64,000 bases of DNA from Cenarchaeum sp. (GCA_965206845.1 OZ242221.1:544001-608000); one strand, 5' to 3'; positions 45,981-57,004 are shown, counted from the stretch's first letter. The notes: generated by a model not told the origin, from the letters alone. Translations and numbers: made by a program.

Positions 45981-46118
45981 GCCATACACCAGGACCCTGA
46001 CACTCTTGAATCTTGTGCAGTGCATGCTGCACCTGCCTGCGGCTCTCAAAAAGTCAGGAGTACGCGCTGCAGAAGGGAGCTCACTGTTTAAATCATCGGG
46101 AGTCGTAAACACATCATA

Positions 46119-47444
46119 ATGGGTACCCAGATGAGCTCTGCTCGGCGCGGCGTCGCCACCGATGAGATGAAACAGGTGGCCCGTGACGAGGATGTCACGA
46201 TGGAGTGGCTCCTGCAGAAGATCGCCAGCGGCTCGATCATAATTCCCAGCAACAACGTCCGGAAGCAGAAGATCCACAACGTGGGCATAGGCCGCGGACT
46301 CAAGACCAAGGTCAACGTAAACATCGGCACGTCCACGCTCAACGTAGATCCGGAGGCAGAGGTAAAAAAGGCCAGAACCGCCGTCAAGTACCACGCCGAC
46401 ACCATAATGGATCTCAGCGACGGCGGGGATGTAGGAGCCATCAGGAGAACCTTGCTGGAGGCTGCCCCCATCACGTTTGGCACTGTCCCCATCTACGAGG
46501 CGTACAACTATGGCGTCTCAGTCCACAAGAACCCCATGAACCTCACCGAGGACGACTTCCTGAAGGCCTTTGAGAACAACGCAAAGGACGGCGTTGACTA
46601 TACCACGATTCACGCCGGGATCACAAAAGAGATCGCAAAGAGGATTCTCCAGGTGCAGCGGCACGGCGGCATCGTGAGCAAGGGCGGAACCATCACTGCC
46701 GCCTGGATGCTCAAGTACGACAAGGAGAACCCGTACTTTGAGCACTATGACTACTTGATCGAGCTTGCCAGAAGGTATGACGTGACGTTCAGCCTGGGGG
46801 ACGCCCTCAGGCCCGGCTCCATTCTGGACTCTCACGACGAGCTGCAGGTGCAGGAGATGATCAATGTGGCCAGGCTGACCCGGCGCGCCCACCAGCAGGA
46901 TGTGCAGGTGATGGTGGAGGGCCCGGGGCATGTCCCGCTAAACGAGGTGGCCGCCAACGTGCGGCTGGCCAAGTCCCTCATCGGGGACGTGCCGTATTAC
47001 GTCTTGGGCCCGCTGGTCACAGATGTCGCCTCGGGCCACGACCACATTGCCAGCGCCATCGGAGCGGCGGTGTCTGCCAGCGAGGGTGTTGACCTGCTCT
47101 GCTATCTTACCCCCTCAGAACACTTGGCGCTGCCCGATGCCGACGAGGTCAAGGCAGGCCTCATAGCCTACAGGATCGCGGCCCATGCGGCGGACCTGGT
47201 CAAGATCAGGGACAAGGCGATAAAGTGGGACATGGCGATGACAGAGGCCCGGCGCACCCTGGACTGGGAGAGGCAGATCGCCCTGTCCATTGACCCCGAG
47301 GAGGCTGCCAGAATTCACAGCAGGACGGGCCAGCATCCGGGAAACAATGTTCCCTGTACAATGTGCGGGGGAGCCTGCGTCTACATCATGCTGCCCCAGC
47401 AGAGAAGATACGAGAAGGACAAGGAGCTACAGCAGGCAGGATAG
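46119..47444 (+). CDS. thiC: Phosphomethylpyrimidine synthase
   Basis: Motifs: TKVNVNIGTS, SLGDALRPG, MVEGPGH and CTMCGGAC. Confidence 0.97.
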   Translation: MGTQMSSARRGVATDEMKQVARDEDVTMEWLLQKIASGSIIIPSNNVRKQKIHNVGIGRGLKTKVNVNIGTSTLNVDPEAEVKKARTAVKYHADTIMDLSDGGDVGAIRRTLLEAAPITFGTVPIYEAYNYGVSVHKNPMNLTEDDFLKAFENNAKDGVDYTTIHAGITKEIAKRILQVQRHGGIVSKGGTITAAWMLKYDKENPYFEHYDYLIELARRYDVTFSLGDALRPGSILDSHDELQVQEMINVARLTRRAHQQDVQVMVEGPGHVPLNEVAANVRLAKSLIGDVPYYVLGPLVTDVASGHDHIASAIGAAVSASEGVDLLCYLTPSEHLALPDADEVKAGLIAYRIAAHAADLVKIRDKAIKWDMAMTEARRTLDWERQIALSIDPEEAARIHSRTGQHPGNNVPCTMCGGACVYIMLPQQRRYEKDKELQQAG

Positions 47445-47816
47445 AACGGCCTCAAGGCCCGGCACGGTGTCGTATCCGGATACGTCCTCCCTGCGCACCC
47501 ACCGAAACTCCGAGTTTTCGCGGTTCAGTATCACACGGGAGCTGTGCGCCTCAAACAGAAACGGGTACACCATCCACCGGAGCCCCTGCGACGCTACCGT
47601 AACCGGCGGGCCTGCCCTTATCAGGGTGACCCCGTCTGACAGGACTTCCAGCTCCTCAGATATCTCGGTGACGGCTCGCGCCAGTGGCTGCTCGTCGCCC
47701 TCGATGCTCCCGCTGACGCCGGCCCACAGGCCGGGCATGCTCCTCACGGCATCGCTGCGCCTTAGAAGCAGGATCTTCCTGTTGCGTACAAGGATGGCCG
47801 TTACCACGTCTGGCAT
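47427..47816 (-). CDS. NUDIX hydrolase
   Basis: Nudix box GSIEGDEQPLARAVTEISEEL. Confidence 0.88.
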   Translation of the reverse strand: MPDVVTAILVRNRKILLLRRSDAVRSMPGLWAGVSGSIEGDEQPLARAVTEISEELEVLSDGVTLIRAGPPVTVASQGLRWMVYPFLFEAHSSRVILNRENSEFRWVRREDVSGYDTVPGLEAVLSCLL

Positions 47817-47819
47817 GCG

Positions 47820-48671
47820 CTACTCTATCGAGGATATCATCTTTATGTGCTTCTTGTACGAATCGTCTATGTCTGCGCTGACAGCCAGCCTCTCCTGGCA
47901 CGCCACGATATACTTTGAGATCTCCTCGGTCTTGTTCTCCTGCACCGCCGTCAGTAGCCTGCCCACGTCCTTCCAGAGCTCGTCGGCAAACCTGCGTATC
48001 TCCGGATTTGACACTATGGTCTCGATGAGATCCGGCGACTGCGTCATAATACTCTCTGCCAGGATCTTCTGGGCCCGGAACGTGCCCCCGGACATCTTCT
48101 CTGTCAGTGTTGTCTTGTCGTCCTTTGACACTATGCTGCAGAAGATCACGTTCACAAGATGTGTCAGACCCAGCACCATTGCCATCTTTTTGTCGTGCTC
48201 GTTGGCGTTGATGGTTACAAAGCTGGCCCCTGCAAAGAGCATCTTTGCTACCTCCAGCTCCTTCTTTCCGTCCTTGACTGGAATCGATATTATATTCTGG
48301 TTCTTGATGGATCTGATGCCGGGGCCAAACATGGGATGAATACAGATGGGGCTGATCTTGGCAGGAATCTTGGAGAGCGCAGATATTGTCTTTGATTTTT
48401 GGGAGGATATCTCGATAAGGTATGCCCCCCGCTTCATCTCCTTTGCTATCAGCCGTATGATCTCAGGAGTCCTCCGCGTGGGAGTGCACAACAGCACATA
48501 GTCTGCCTTGAGGATGGCACCCACTAAGGACTGGGCTTGGGTTACCGCTTTTTCGGGAATGTCGCTCTCCGAGTCGTACCCGATCACCTCAAACTTTCGT
48601 CCCAGAAAGTACTTTGCGAACCACCGTCCCATCCGCCCCCCGGCGCCTATAATTGCAATCTTCTCAGCCAT
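47820..48671 (-). CDS. tyrA: Prephenate/arogenate dehydrogenase
   Basis: Motifs: IIGAGGRMG, HPMFGP and EHDKKMA...LTH. Confidence 0.93.
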   Translation of the reverse strand: MAEKIAIIGAGGRMGRWFAKYFLGRKFEVIGYDSESDIPEKAVTQAQSLVGAILKADYVLLCTPTRRTPEIIRLIAKEMKRGAYLIEISSQKSKTISALSKIPAKISPICIHPMFGPGIRSIKNQNIISIPVKDGKKELEVAKMLFAGASFVTINANEHDKKMAMVLGLTHLVNVIFCSIVSKDDKTTLTEKMSGGTFRAQKILAESIMTQSPDLIETIVSNPEIRRFADELWKDVGRLLTAVQENKTEEISKYIVACQERLAVSADIDDSYKKHIKMISSIE

Positions 48672-50025
48672 GTCTATTTCCCAAGTTACCGTATATGATA
48701 TTCATGCCTTTAATTAGTGTCTCTTCGTTCTGGCATGCGGATATCCGGATGTAGTCCCTGTAGTCCCCAAAGGCCTCGCCGGGCGCCACCGCAACTCCGC
48801 GCTCGAGCAGATCCCGGGCCAGCCGGGTACCGTCGCGCCCGATCCTGACAAACAGGTACATTGCGCCGTCGGGCCTGACAAACTCAAGGCCCATCTTCTT
48901 GGCCATGTCTGATATGACATCCAGACGGGACATGATCGTCTGGGATCTTGCATCCGTGTCGGCTCCCAGCGCCTGCATCGCTGCATACTGCACAGGCTCG
49001 GCCACGCAGGCCATGAGCATCGCCTGCCGGGCCACCATCGAGCCTATGACATCTGGACGTGCCATCGCATAGCCCACCCGGAAGCCCGTCATGGCGTGAG
49101 ACTTGGAGAACGACTGCACCACTATGCTCTTGTCATAGCCGCTTCCCAGAACACTCTTCCAGCCAGGTTTGGCATACTGCCAATAGATCTCATCGCTGAG
49201 TATGTAGAGTCCTCGGTCGCTGGCCGCACCCACTATCTCGTCCTGCGCATGCGCGGACAGAACCTTTCCCGTGGGGTTGTTGGGATAGTTGAGAACCAGC
49301 ATCCGGGTGCCGGGGCCTGCTGCCTCCTTGACCTGCTCCGCCGAGGGTTCCCAGCCGCCTGCCATATCGGTGTGTATAGTCGTCACCTTCACGCCCGAGC
49401 TCTGCGCGCACTGGGCGTATGCAGGCCAGGCCGGATCGATCACTATGATCTCATCCCCGGGATCCAGCAGCGATATCGCAAGGTACACCGCAAACCTTCC
49501 CCCCGGGGTCACCATGACACCGCTTGGTGATACGTCTGCGCCAAAGTTTTTTGATGCGTACCGCGCCAGCGCGTCCCGGAACTGTGGCATCCCGCCAGCC
49601 GGCCCGTATCTCGTAAACCCGCGATCAAAGGCGTCGGTCATGGATCCCCTCACCACATCCGGGGGAGCAAAGTCCGGTTCGCCCACCTCCATGTGGACGA
49701 TATGCCTTCCCTGCGCCTCCAGTGACTTTGCCCTCATGAATATGTCCATGTGTGTAGATATCCCAGTTGACTGCACGCTTACGGACTCGTTGAGCAGAAA
49801 GTTGAGAAACCTTGCGCCCAGAGACTCGCTCATTCCCAGCTCGCGGCACAGGGACCGGACATCTTCTCGCAGCTCGTCCTCCCGCCGCCTGTCTGTAACG
49901 CCCTTGCCCATGTCCTGCTTGAGCCGGCCTATCTGCAGGGCAAGATCGGTTCTGGACTTGAGGAGCCTGATCATCTCCAGCGTGATCTCGTCCACCCTGC
50001 CCCGCAGCTGATCTATCTCCGACAT
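48664..50025 (-). CDS. Chorismate mutase (AroQ) - class I/II aminotransferase fusion
   Basis: N-terminal IDQLRGRVDEI...TDRRRE. PLP motifs NYPNNPTG, SDEIY and SFSKSHAMTGFRVG. Confidence 0.92.
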   Translation of the reverse strand: MSEIDQLRGRVDEITLEMIRLLKSRTDLALQIGRLKQDMGKGVTDRRREDELREDVRSLCRELGMSESLGARFLNFLLNESVSVQSTGISTHMDIFMRAKSLEAQGRHIVHMEVGEPDFAPPDVVRGSMTDAFDRGFTRYGPAGGMPQFRDALARYASKNFGADVSPSGVMVTPGGRFAVYLAISLLDPGDEIIVIDPAWPAYAQCAQSSGVKVTTIHTDMAGGWEPSAEQVKEAAGPGTRMLVLNYPNNPTGKVLSAHAQDEIVGAASDRGLYILSDEIYWQYAKPGWKSVLGSGYDKSIVVQSFSKSHAMTGFRVGYAMARPDVIGSMVARQAMLMACVAEPVQYAAMQALGADTDARSQTIMSRLDVISDMAKKMGLEFVRPDGAMYLFVRIGRDGTRLARDLLERGVAVAPGEAFGDYRDYIRISACQNEETLIKGMNIIYGNLGNRHG

Positions 50026-50026
50026 G

Positions 50027-51130
50027 CTACAAAACCGGTCCGATGAATCCCCCGAGAAGGGCGTGGTCTGCCAGAACCAGCGCGACTACCGAGTCCACAA
50101 CGGGCGGGGCCCGCGGAACCACGCACGGGTCGTGCCGTCCCTTGACGCTGAGCACCGCATCCTTGCCTGACTTGATGTCCACGGTGGGCTGCTCCCTGGG
50201 AATGGAGGAGGCCGGCTTGAAGGCTACCCTCAGGGTCAGCGGCATCCCTATGGAGATGCCGCCCAAGATGCCCCCGGCGTTGTTGGTTCTGGTCTGCACG
50301 GCGCCGTCCCTTAAGACAAAGGTGTCGTTATTCTGGGAACCCGTGGACTCGGATCCCGCAAAGCCGGATCCAAACTCAACGCCCTTGACTGACGGGATGG
50401 AGAAGACTCCGCTGCTGATGTCTGACTCCAGTGAGCCAAAGACCGGCTCTCCCAGGCCCACGGGCAGTCCGGTGGTGACCGACTCGATCATTCCCCCCAG
50501 CGAGTCCATGTCTCTTCTGGCACCAAGTATTGCTGCGCGCATGAGCGCTGCGGCCTCGGGGTCAGGGCACCGGACATCGTTTCCGTATATGTCCGGTATC
50601 ATCTTCTCTGTGAACCGCTTGCCCATTGCCACCTTGCCTATCTGGGACACGTACGAGTGCGTCTGCACATCTAGCGCCGCGCCCAGAAGCTTCCTTGCGA
50701 TGGCGCCTCCCATGACAAGCGTGGCAGTAAGCCTGCCTGAGAATCTCCCGCCGCCGCGGTAGTCGTTGTGCCCTTTGTACTTGATCATGGCAGGATAGTC
50801 CGAGTGGCCCGGACGCAGCTTTGTCTTCAGCTCCTCGTAGTCGGTAGATCTCTGATCCCGGTTCCAGATTATCATGGCGATGGGTGCGCCAGTGGTGCTT
50901 CCGCGAAACACTCCTGAGAGGATCTCCACCTTGTCACCCTCGGCCCTCTGGGTGCTGATGGCAGACTGTCCTGGCCTCCGCTGGTCGAGCATGCCCTGTA
51001 TGTCCCCTTCCTCCAGCTCCAACCCGGCTGGGCACCCGTCCAGCACGGCGCCCACACACTTGCCGTGGCTCTCGCCAAAGGTTGTAAGAACCAGCCGTCT
51101 TCCCATCGAGCTACCGGGCACAGATCTCAT
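50027..51130 (-). CDS. aroC: Chorismate synthase
   Basis: Motifs: TFGESHG, RPGHSD, GGGRFSGR and GRHDPC. Confidence 0.97.
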   Translation of the reverse strand: MRSVPGSSMGRRLVLTTFGESHGKCVGAVLDGCPAGLELEEGDIQGMLDQRRPGQSAISTQRAEGDKVEILSGVFRGSTTGAPIAMIIWNRDQRSTDYEELKTKLRPGHSDYPAMIKYKGHNDYRGGGRFSGRLTATLVMGGAIARKLLGAALDVQTHSYVSQIGKVAMGKRFTEKMIPDIYGNDVRCPDPEAAALMRAAILGARRDMDSLGGMIESVTTGLPVGLGEPVFGSLESDISSGVFSIPSVKGVEFGSGFAGSESTGSQNNDTFVLRDGAVQTRTNNAGGILGGISIGMPLTLRVAFKPASSIPREQPTVDIKSGKDAVLSVKGRHDPCVVPRAPPVVDSVVALVLADHALLGGFIGPVL

Positions 51131-51153
51131 ATGGTTGGCTGATAAATATAACC

Positions 51154-52410
51154 TTACGTAAGGCTGAGCTTGGCGCCCAGCCCCCTCATATCCTCGATAA
51201 AGCTAGGATAGGATATCCTGACGGATTCCGGATCCTCCACGGTGCAGTCGTCGATGGCCATGGCCAGAATGCAGAACGCCATGAAGAGGCGGTGGTCGCT
51301 GTGCGGATCCAGGTGCGCGCCGCCAAGAGCGCCCGGCGTCAGGGTCAGGCTGTCTTGCCCTTGGACAGCTCCGATCCCCGCCTTTGCCAGCTGGGATGCC
51401 AAGACCGCGATCCTGTCGGTCTCCTTGAACCTGGCGTGGCCCACGTTGACGATCTCCAGGGGAGCAGAGCACCTTGCCGAGAGAATTGCCAGCGGCGGCA
51501 GGAGATCCGGCGTGTTTCCCAGATCAAACCGCCCGCCTGCAAGCACACCGGGTGCATCAACCGATATGACATCTTCTCCCACGTCGACTCGGACGCCCAG
51601 AACCTCCAGTATGTCTATGAACGACTCGTCTCCCTGTGGCAGATCGCCAAATGCGACGCGGATCTTCATCTTCTCTCCTGCCAGCACTGCGGCCGCCAGC
51701 AGCAGAGCCAAGCTGGAGGAGTCAGAGGGAACCGTAAAGGATGCTGGCCTGTAGGCCTGGGGCGCCACTGCATACCTGCGAAAGGGGATCACCGTGTGCA
51801 CCACGACCCCGAACCTCCTCATGGCAGATATGGTGGCCTCCAGATACGGCTTTGAGACCAGATCTCCCTGTATGCTTATCGTGACCCCGCTTCGCGTCAT
51901 GGGGGCAGATATCATCAGCGCCGAGATGAACTGGCTGGAGATGTTGCCCGGTATGTCTATGTGGCCGCCGGCGATCCTGCCGGTAACCGTGACAGGGGGT
52001 CGGCCTTCCCGGGAGCTGCACCGGGCGCCCATGGTGCCCAGCGCGTCTAGGAGTGGCTGCATGGGCCTCCGCCGGAGACTCTCATCGCCGGTAAGGGTGG
52101 ACGTGCCTTCCGCAAGCGCCGACACCGCAGACGCAATCCTGATGGTGGTGCCGGAGTTTGCCGCATCTATGTCGGCCGGCCGCAGCCCCCGTGGCGTGAC
52201 CCGTAGCACGTCCCCGTCCTGCTCGATCTCTGCGCCAAGGCTCCGGCAGGCTGCCACCGTGGCATCGGTGTCTGCGGACGCAAGCACGTTTGCGATCGTG
52301 CTGGGCCCGTCTGCCAAGGACGCCAGAAATATGGCGCGATGCGTGTAGCTCTTGCTTGCAGGGCAGCAGATCTCCCCCGAGAGGCGGGATCTCTCAATCA
52401 CGCACTTCAT
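51154..52410 (-). CDS. aroA: EPSP synthase
   Basis: Motifs: SKSYTHR, NSGTT, SSQFIS, KETDRI and DHR. Confidence 0.96.
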   Translation of the reverse strand: MKCVIERSRLSGEICCPASKSYTHRAIFLASLADGPSTIANVLASADTDATVAACRSLGAEIEQDGDVLRVTPRGLRPADIDAANSGTTIRIASAVSALAEGTSTLTGDESLRRRPMQPLLDALGTMGARCSSREGRPPVTVTGRIAGGHIDIPGNISSQFISALMISAPMTRSGVTISIQGDLVSKPYLEATISAMRRFGVVVHTVIPFRRYAVAPQAYRPASFTVPSDSSSLALLLAAAVLAGEKMKIRVAFGDLPQGDESFIDILEVLGVRVDVGEDVISVDAPGVLAGGRFDLGNTPDLLPPLAILSARCSAPLEIVNVGHARFKETDRIAVLASQLAKAGIGAVQGQDSLTLTPGALGGAHLDPHSDHRLFMAFCILAMAIDDCTVEDPESVRISYPSFIEDMRGLGAKLSLT

Positions 52411-53254
52411 GGACCTCTGCCTTTTTGTTGTTTGCCGGCGATGTGATTATCCGCCCGTCCAGAGATGAGAAGACCTTCCTCACGCCGGAGACCGCATTTT
52501 GGCGCACTGCTGCGGCAACCGCCGTGCCGTTGCCAGAGACCGAGGCCCCCAGGGCTCCCGCCTCCAGCAGTCGTGGGATCAGCGCGGGATCCGAGTTGAG
52601 AAACGGCCCTGCCGTTATGCCGTTGAGCAGCATGGCCCCCCAATAGTTGGATCTTCTGGCCATCTGCCACGCAGCTTCAAAGGCGCTCTTCTGCTCCCTG
52701 AGCTTTCGGGGGTTGCGGCGCCTGGAAGAGGCCGGAATGAAGATCACCGCAGCTATGCCACTGGGAATCGCCTGGCGGCGCACCAGCCTTCTTTTGAGGT
52801 TGTCAGTTACGTTAAAGCCGCCGTAATAGCATGCGCAGGCATCGTCATAGGCACCGGTTATGCTGATTCCGGTCTCGATGGATGCATCAACGCCTGCCAG
52901 AAGCACCCGGGAGTCGTTCACCTCCGGCCCGAAGAGCTTGGCGCAGGCAAGCGCCACCGCAGAGGAGATGGAGCTGGAGCTCTTGAGGCCGTACCCGGCT
53001 GGAATCTCCGACTGGAGATTTACGTGAATGTGCGTCCTTGCCAGGTCCCTTGCGGGAACGATCTTCCGCACCGTGCTGGTGACCAGCCGCTGGCTGAGGC
53101 TCTTGCTACCGGCATCCAGTGTAATACCCTCCCCCGGGGTGGCCTCGATCCGGGCACGGACCTCCAGCGAGACCCCCATGGTGGCCCCCATGCCGGTGGC
53201 TATGGCGCTCACTATCGATATGGCTCCGCGGGCCTTGGCCTGTACGGCGCGCAA
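52394..53254 (-). CDS. aroK: Archaeal shikimate kinase (GHMP family)
   Basis: Motifs: IPAGYGLKSSS, SITGAYDDA and SVSGNG. Confidence 0.93.
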   Translation of the reverse strand: MRAVQAKARGAISIVSAIATGMGATMGVSLEVRARIEATPGEGITLDAGSKSLSQRLVTSTVRKIVPARDLARTHIHVNLQSEIPAGYGLKSSSSISSAVALACAKLFGPEVNDSRVLLAGVDASIETGISITGAYDDACACYYGGFNVTDNLKRRLVRRQAIPSGIAAVIFIPASSRRRNPRKLREQKSAFEAAWQMARRSNYWGAMLLNGITAGPFLNSDPALIPRLLEAGALGASVSGNGTAVAAAVRQNAVSGVRKVFSSLDGRIITSPANNKKAEVHEVRD

Positions 53255-54073
53255 TCAGACGCCCCCCAGCAGGGCGCGTTTCATGGCGCCGTATGGCGCC
53301 TCTGTGCCGTGCCATATCTCAAACGCCCGCGCCGCCTGGCCCAGCAGCATCTCGTACCCGTAGATTATCGTTGCTCCCATCTTCCCAGCCTTTGCTATCA
53401 GATCTGTCTTCATGGGCCTATAAACAATATCGTACACCACCGAGTCCGGGCCCAGCGTCCCAAGGTCCAGTGGGGAGAGCTCGCCCTTCAGCCCGACCGC
53501 CGTGGCGTTTACGACAAACTTGTACTCTGAGAGCGGGCCGATCCTGTCAGGCCCGACGTACCTGGCCTGCAGGCCTGCCGCCTCTGCAAACCCCGCAAGG
53601 GACGCCCCGCGGGCCAGGGTCCTGTTTGCCACGGTGATGGACTCGGCGCGCTCGCGGGCAAACCCGGCTGCGATGGCCCGAGCGGCCCCGCCTGCTCCCA
53701 GCAGCAGCACCCGTGAGCCCCTGATGGGAATCCCCCTCCTCCTGATGGGATCCAGGAATCCCTCCATGTCGGTGTTGTGCCCTTTCAGGGTACCGCCGGC
53801 ATTTGAGACCGTGTTGCACGCCCCGACGATGCTGCAGTTCTCATCCACCACGTCTAGGTGGTGCATGACGGCGATCTTGTGCGGGATTGTGATGTTGAAT
53901 CCGGCCACTCCGATACTCTTCAGTGCGGCAATGCCGCTCTCCAGCTCGTCTGCCAGAACCCTGTAGGCTATGTAGGCGCAGTCAAGGTTCAGGCTGCGAA
54001 ACGCGGCATTGTGGATGTTGGGCGACAGCGAGTGGTCGATGGGATCCCCGATCACGGCAAAGGTCTTTGTCAC
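53255..54073 (-). CDS. aroE: Shikimate dehydrogenase
   Basis: Motifs: HSLSPNIHN, NITIPHK, HNTD and GAGGAA. Confidence 0.96.
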   Translation of the reverse strand: MTKTFAVIGDPIDHSLSPNIHNAAFRSLNLDCAYIAYRVLADELESGIAALKSIGVAGFNITIPHKIAVMHHLDVVDENCSIVGACNTVSNAGGTLKGHNTDMEGFLDPIRRRGIPIRGSRVLLLGAGGAARAIAAGFARERAESITVANRTLARGASLAGFAEAAGLQARYVGPDRIGPLSEYKFVVNATAVGLKGELSPLDLGTLGPDSVVYDIVYRPMKTDLIAKAGKMGATIIYGYEMLLGQAARAFEIWHGTEAPYGAMKRALLGGV

Positions 54074-54205
54074 GATACAACCTGCATGGATGATGAATCA
54101 TTTAACTCTAAAGATCGCATGTAGCATGCAAGGTCACAGCCTTACCTCACCTAGGCACAAAGGTATGCACTCCGGGAGGGTCTGCGATTCAGCGCAGGGC
54201 ATATC

Positions 54206-54892
54206 TCATGTACGTACAGGCGCCGTCAGCCTCTTGATCTCTGCCAAGCTGTACTGTCCCGGGGCCACTGCCTTGCCTAGGGAGACATACGTGTAGGGGG
54301 CCCCCAGGTACAGACAGACCAGCCGCGATATCTTTCCCATGTCTCCCATGCAGAATGCAATCAGCTCCGTGTCTCCTGCGGCGCCGTACAGCGAGAGGAT
54401 CCTGGATGCGTCCATGGCGGTCCTGGCAGTGGCAACCATCTTCACATGTGCCGAGTATCCGGACATGCGCCTCATCTTTTGCAGCAGTGCGCCTGCATCG
54501 GGCGTCTTCTCAAAGTCGTGCCAAGAGACCAGGATGCCTGCCCCCAGATCTGCCGCAAGCTTGCCCCTTCTTATGGCGTCATACTCTACGTCCAGGCGGT
54601 ACGGTTCGTACCCCGAGGCCAGTCTGAGCAGATCCCTCCTGCTGGCCTCGGATTCTGCGAACATGCCGCCCTGTGACTCGGGCCTGATGGTGCAGACGCA
54701 CCTCTTCAGGTGTCTCCTGCACATCTTCAGGGCGTCTGGAACATGCTCTGGCTTTAGAAAGTCAAGGCGCAGTTCCGCATATCTTGAAACACCCAGTGCT
54801 CCCTGCAACGCAGTTAGCATGCCTTTAGGCGTTCTGCGGGCAATGGTTACGCATGTGGCGTACTCCGGGCTACTTTTCCAGGATGTACTCAT
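54206..54892 (-). CDS. aroD: Type I 3-dehydroquinate dehydratase
   Basis: Motifs: ELRLD, SWHDFEKTP, MGDMGKISR and APGQ. Confidence 0.93.
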   Translation of the reverse strand: MSTSWKSSPEYATCVTIARRTPKGMLTALQGALGVSRYAELRLDFLKPEHVPDALKMCRRHLKRCVCTIRPESQGGMFAESEASRRDLLRLASGYEPYRLDVEYDAIRRGKLAADLGAGILVSWHDFEKTPDAGALLQKMRRMSGYSAHVKMVATARTAMDASRILSLYGAAGDTELIAFCMGDMGKISRLVCLYLGAPYTYVSLGKAVAPGQYSLAEIKRLTAPVRT

Positions 54893-55916
54893 CGGCTACC
54901 TCCATCCCGAAGTGCCTTCCGGCAGCTGCCTTTGAGTGGACCAGCACGGTATCCCCCTTCTTCAAGTGGGTCACCGAGACCAGCTCCCCGTCGGGCCTGA
55001 CAAACCGGATGGTCTCCGCATCTTGGGATATTATCCCGCCGACCTCGCCATCCACTGTGGCCTTGATCATCAGCATCGGGCGCCTCTCGATCTTGGAGCG
55101 CCCCACGGCGGCCCTCCGGGCTCGCCCGCTGGAGTCAAGAACCAGAACCTCGGATCCCATCTCTATCTCCGAGAGGTAGCTGGTGGTTCCGTCCGGCGAC
55201 AGGGTATAACAGTGAACCGCTCCGGCGTTTACGCGAAACGGCCTGGGAGAGGTAAAGGATGAGCCCACAGACTCGTTGTGCACCAGAAAGAGAAAGTTGG
55301 AGCGGTTTCCCACCAGCATGCCCTCGCCCAGGCGCAGTATGGATACCGTGTCCACGCATACGCGCTCCCCGTCACCAACCTCCTGTATCTTGACTATCTT
55401 TGCCGGCCGGAGCTGGAAAGATCTGGCTCCGAGATCCACTTGGGCCTCCCTTACCTCGTTGATGGACGAGGTTATGAAGATCACGCCGTCCACGCCAACC
55501 TCGAGTATGGAGAACATCTTTCTTGCCTCCCGGGCGCTGTGGGCAAGGGCAAATATCCTGGTGTCGATCTTGTGAAGCTTGGCTATGATGTTCTCCAGTG
55601 GGATTATCTTCCAGTCCTTCACTGCCACTATGACAAAGTCCAGTCCCTTCTCTGCAGATACAAGTACGTCGTCTATGTCCTGGTTTGAGAGCACCTCGAA
55701 CATCATGCCGCGCTTCTTGTCCTCTGCCGCGTTCTCAGTGCCCACGGTATAGTCTGCGGCAGGAGACGGGTACACAGTCTCAAACTTCAGCCCCCCCAGC
55801 TTTGCCGGATCAAGGTACACGGTTCCTATTCCCTCTGCTGTCAGCTGCGCCAGAAACTCCGGCAGCCGATCGTCAGGTACGTCCGGCTCGATGATGAGCT
55901 CCTTTGGTTCAGTCAA
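54870..55916 (-). CDS. aroB': 3-dehydroquinate synthase II (AroB')
   Basis: Motifs: DWKIIPLEN, GERVCVDT, RPFRVNAGAVH and GRHFG. Confidence 0.95.
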   Translation of the reverse strand: MTEPKELIIEPDVPDDRLPEFLAQLTAEGIGTVYLDPAKLGGLKFETVYPSPAADYTVGTENAAEDKKRGMMFEVLSNQDIDDVLVSAEKGLDFVIVAVKDWKIIPLENIIAKLHKIDTRIFALAHSAREARKMFSILEVGVDGVIFITSSINEVREAQVDLGARSFQLRPAKIVKIQEVGDGERVCVDTVSILRLGEGMLVGNRSNFLFLVHNESVGSSFTSPRPFRVNAGAVHCYTLSPDGTTSYLSEIEMGSEVLVLDSSGRARRAAVGRSKIERRPMLMIKATVDGEVGGIISQDAETIRFVRPDGELVSVTHLKKGDTVLVHSKAAAGRHFGMEVADEYILEK

Positions 55917-56691
55917 CTCTCTTTGCAGCTTCCCTTGCAGACTCGTTTCCATATATGATGGCCGCCAGCGCCTCTACCATTCCAGGCGGATTCTTGTGGG
56001 CGAAGATGTTTCTGCCGTAGGTGACCCCCTTTGCCCCCGCACTCATGGCATCCTCTGTCATCTGTAGTATCTCCATGTCGGTCTCGGCCGTCGGCCCTCC
56101 GGCAATCACCACCGGAACCGGTGTGCTCTTTACTATTTTAGAGAACGAGTCCACATCCCCGGTGTACACCGTCTTTACAATGTCTGCGCCGCACTCGGCG
56201 CCAATCCTTGCCGCATGCGCCACGATCTCTGGATCGTGGGGATCCTTTACGTTCTCGCCTCTGGGATACATCATTGCCAGAAGTGGCATGTTCCACAGGT
56301 GGCACTGACCTGCCGTACGGCCCAGCTGCTCTAGCATCTCAGGCTCCTCCTTTCCGCCTATGTTGATGTGCAGTGACACCCCATCTGCCCCCAGTCTCAG
56401 CGCCTCCTCCACGGTGCCTGTGAGCATCTTCCTGTTGGGCGATGTGGATAGGGATGTGCTGCTGGAAAAATGCACCAGGACTCCGATCCTGGCAGGCTCG
56501 GGCATGGTTCTGATGATTCCCTTGTTGACTATAACGCTGGAGAGGCCGTGATCCTGGCACCGGTAGATTATCGAGTGCGGATCCTCCAGTCCCGGAATGG
56601 GCCCGTTTGAGATCCCATGGTCCATGGGGATGCAGAGCATCTTGCCGTCCTTCATAATGCGATCAAGTCTGATCTGGTGTCCGGTTACCAC
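55909..56691 (-). CDS. aroA': 2-amino-3,7-dideoxy-D-threo-hept-6-ulosonate synthase (AroA')
   Basis: Motifs: PMDHG, AMMYPRG, GADIVKT and IAGG. Heads the aro cluster. Confidence 0.92.
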   Translation of the reverse strand: MVTGHQIRLDRIMKDGKMLCIPMDHGISNGPIPGLEDPHSIIYRCQDHGLSSVIVNKGIIRTMPEPARIGVLVHFSSSTSLSTSPNRKMLTGTVEEALRLGADGVSLHINIGGKEEPEMLEQLGRTAGQCHLWNMPLLAMMYPRGENVKDPHDPEIVAHAARIGAECGADIVKTVYTGDVDSFSKIVKSTPVPVVIAGGPTAETDMEILQMTEDAMSAGAKGVTYGRNIFAHKNPPGMVEALAAIIYGNESAREAAKRVD

Positions 56692-57004
56692 AAGGAAGTG
56701 TTTTTTTTGCGCCCTATTAAAAATAACTAGTAGATGCCGTATGGTCCAGACACCGCCGCATAGCCCGTCCCCACATGTCCGGAGGTCAAAAAACGCCTCC
56801 GCATGCCATGGTCCCCGTCTGCCGCCCGGATCTCAGTGCAGGGTCGTTCTTGAAGGCCGGCGCTAGGATGCGCCTCGCGCACCTCGTTGCAGGCGCGTCC
56901 ATGCGAGCCGTAAGCTGGGTTTTTGGTCAAAATACCGCCCACCGCATGCCGGCAGATACGCTCAAAGATTAAATAATCTGCGGAGGTGGATCATAACCAG
57001 TCAG

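Noticed and set aside
45981-46118. TPP riboswitch between thiDN and thiC
   Set aside because: No CTGAGA or other conserved TPP core motifs, and thiC appears leaderless ~25 nt after TTTAAAT.
44688-46394. Long N-terminal extensions in the ORF track (thiD from 46394, rpoA from 14315, TPR from 28813, tRNA-binding protein from 63539)
   Set aside because: They overlap neighbouring real genes or a MITE. Family-typical starts with promoters lie downstream.
47820-56691. Aromatic amino acid cluster with a chorismate mutase-aminotransferase fusion as a novel pathway
   Set aside because: This is the known archaeal AroA'/AroB' route, and nothing atypical was seen.
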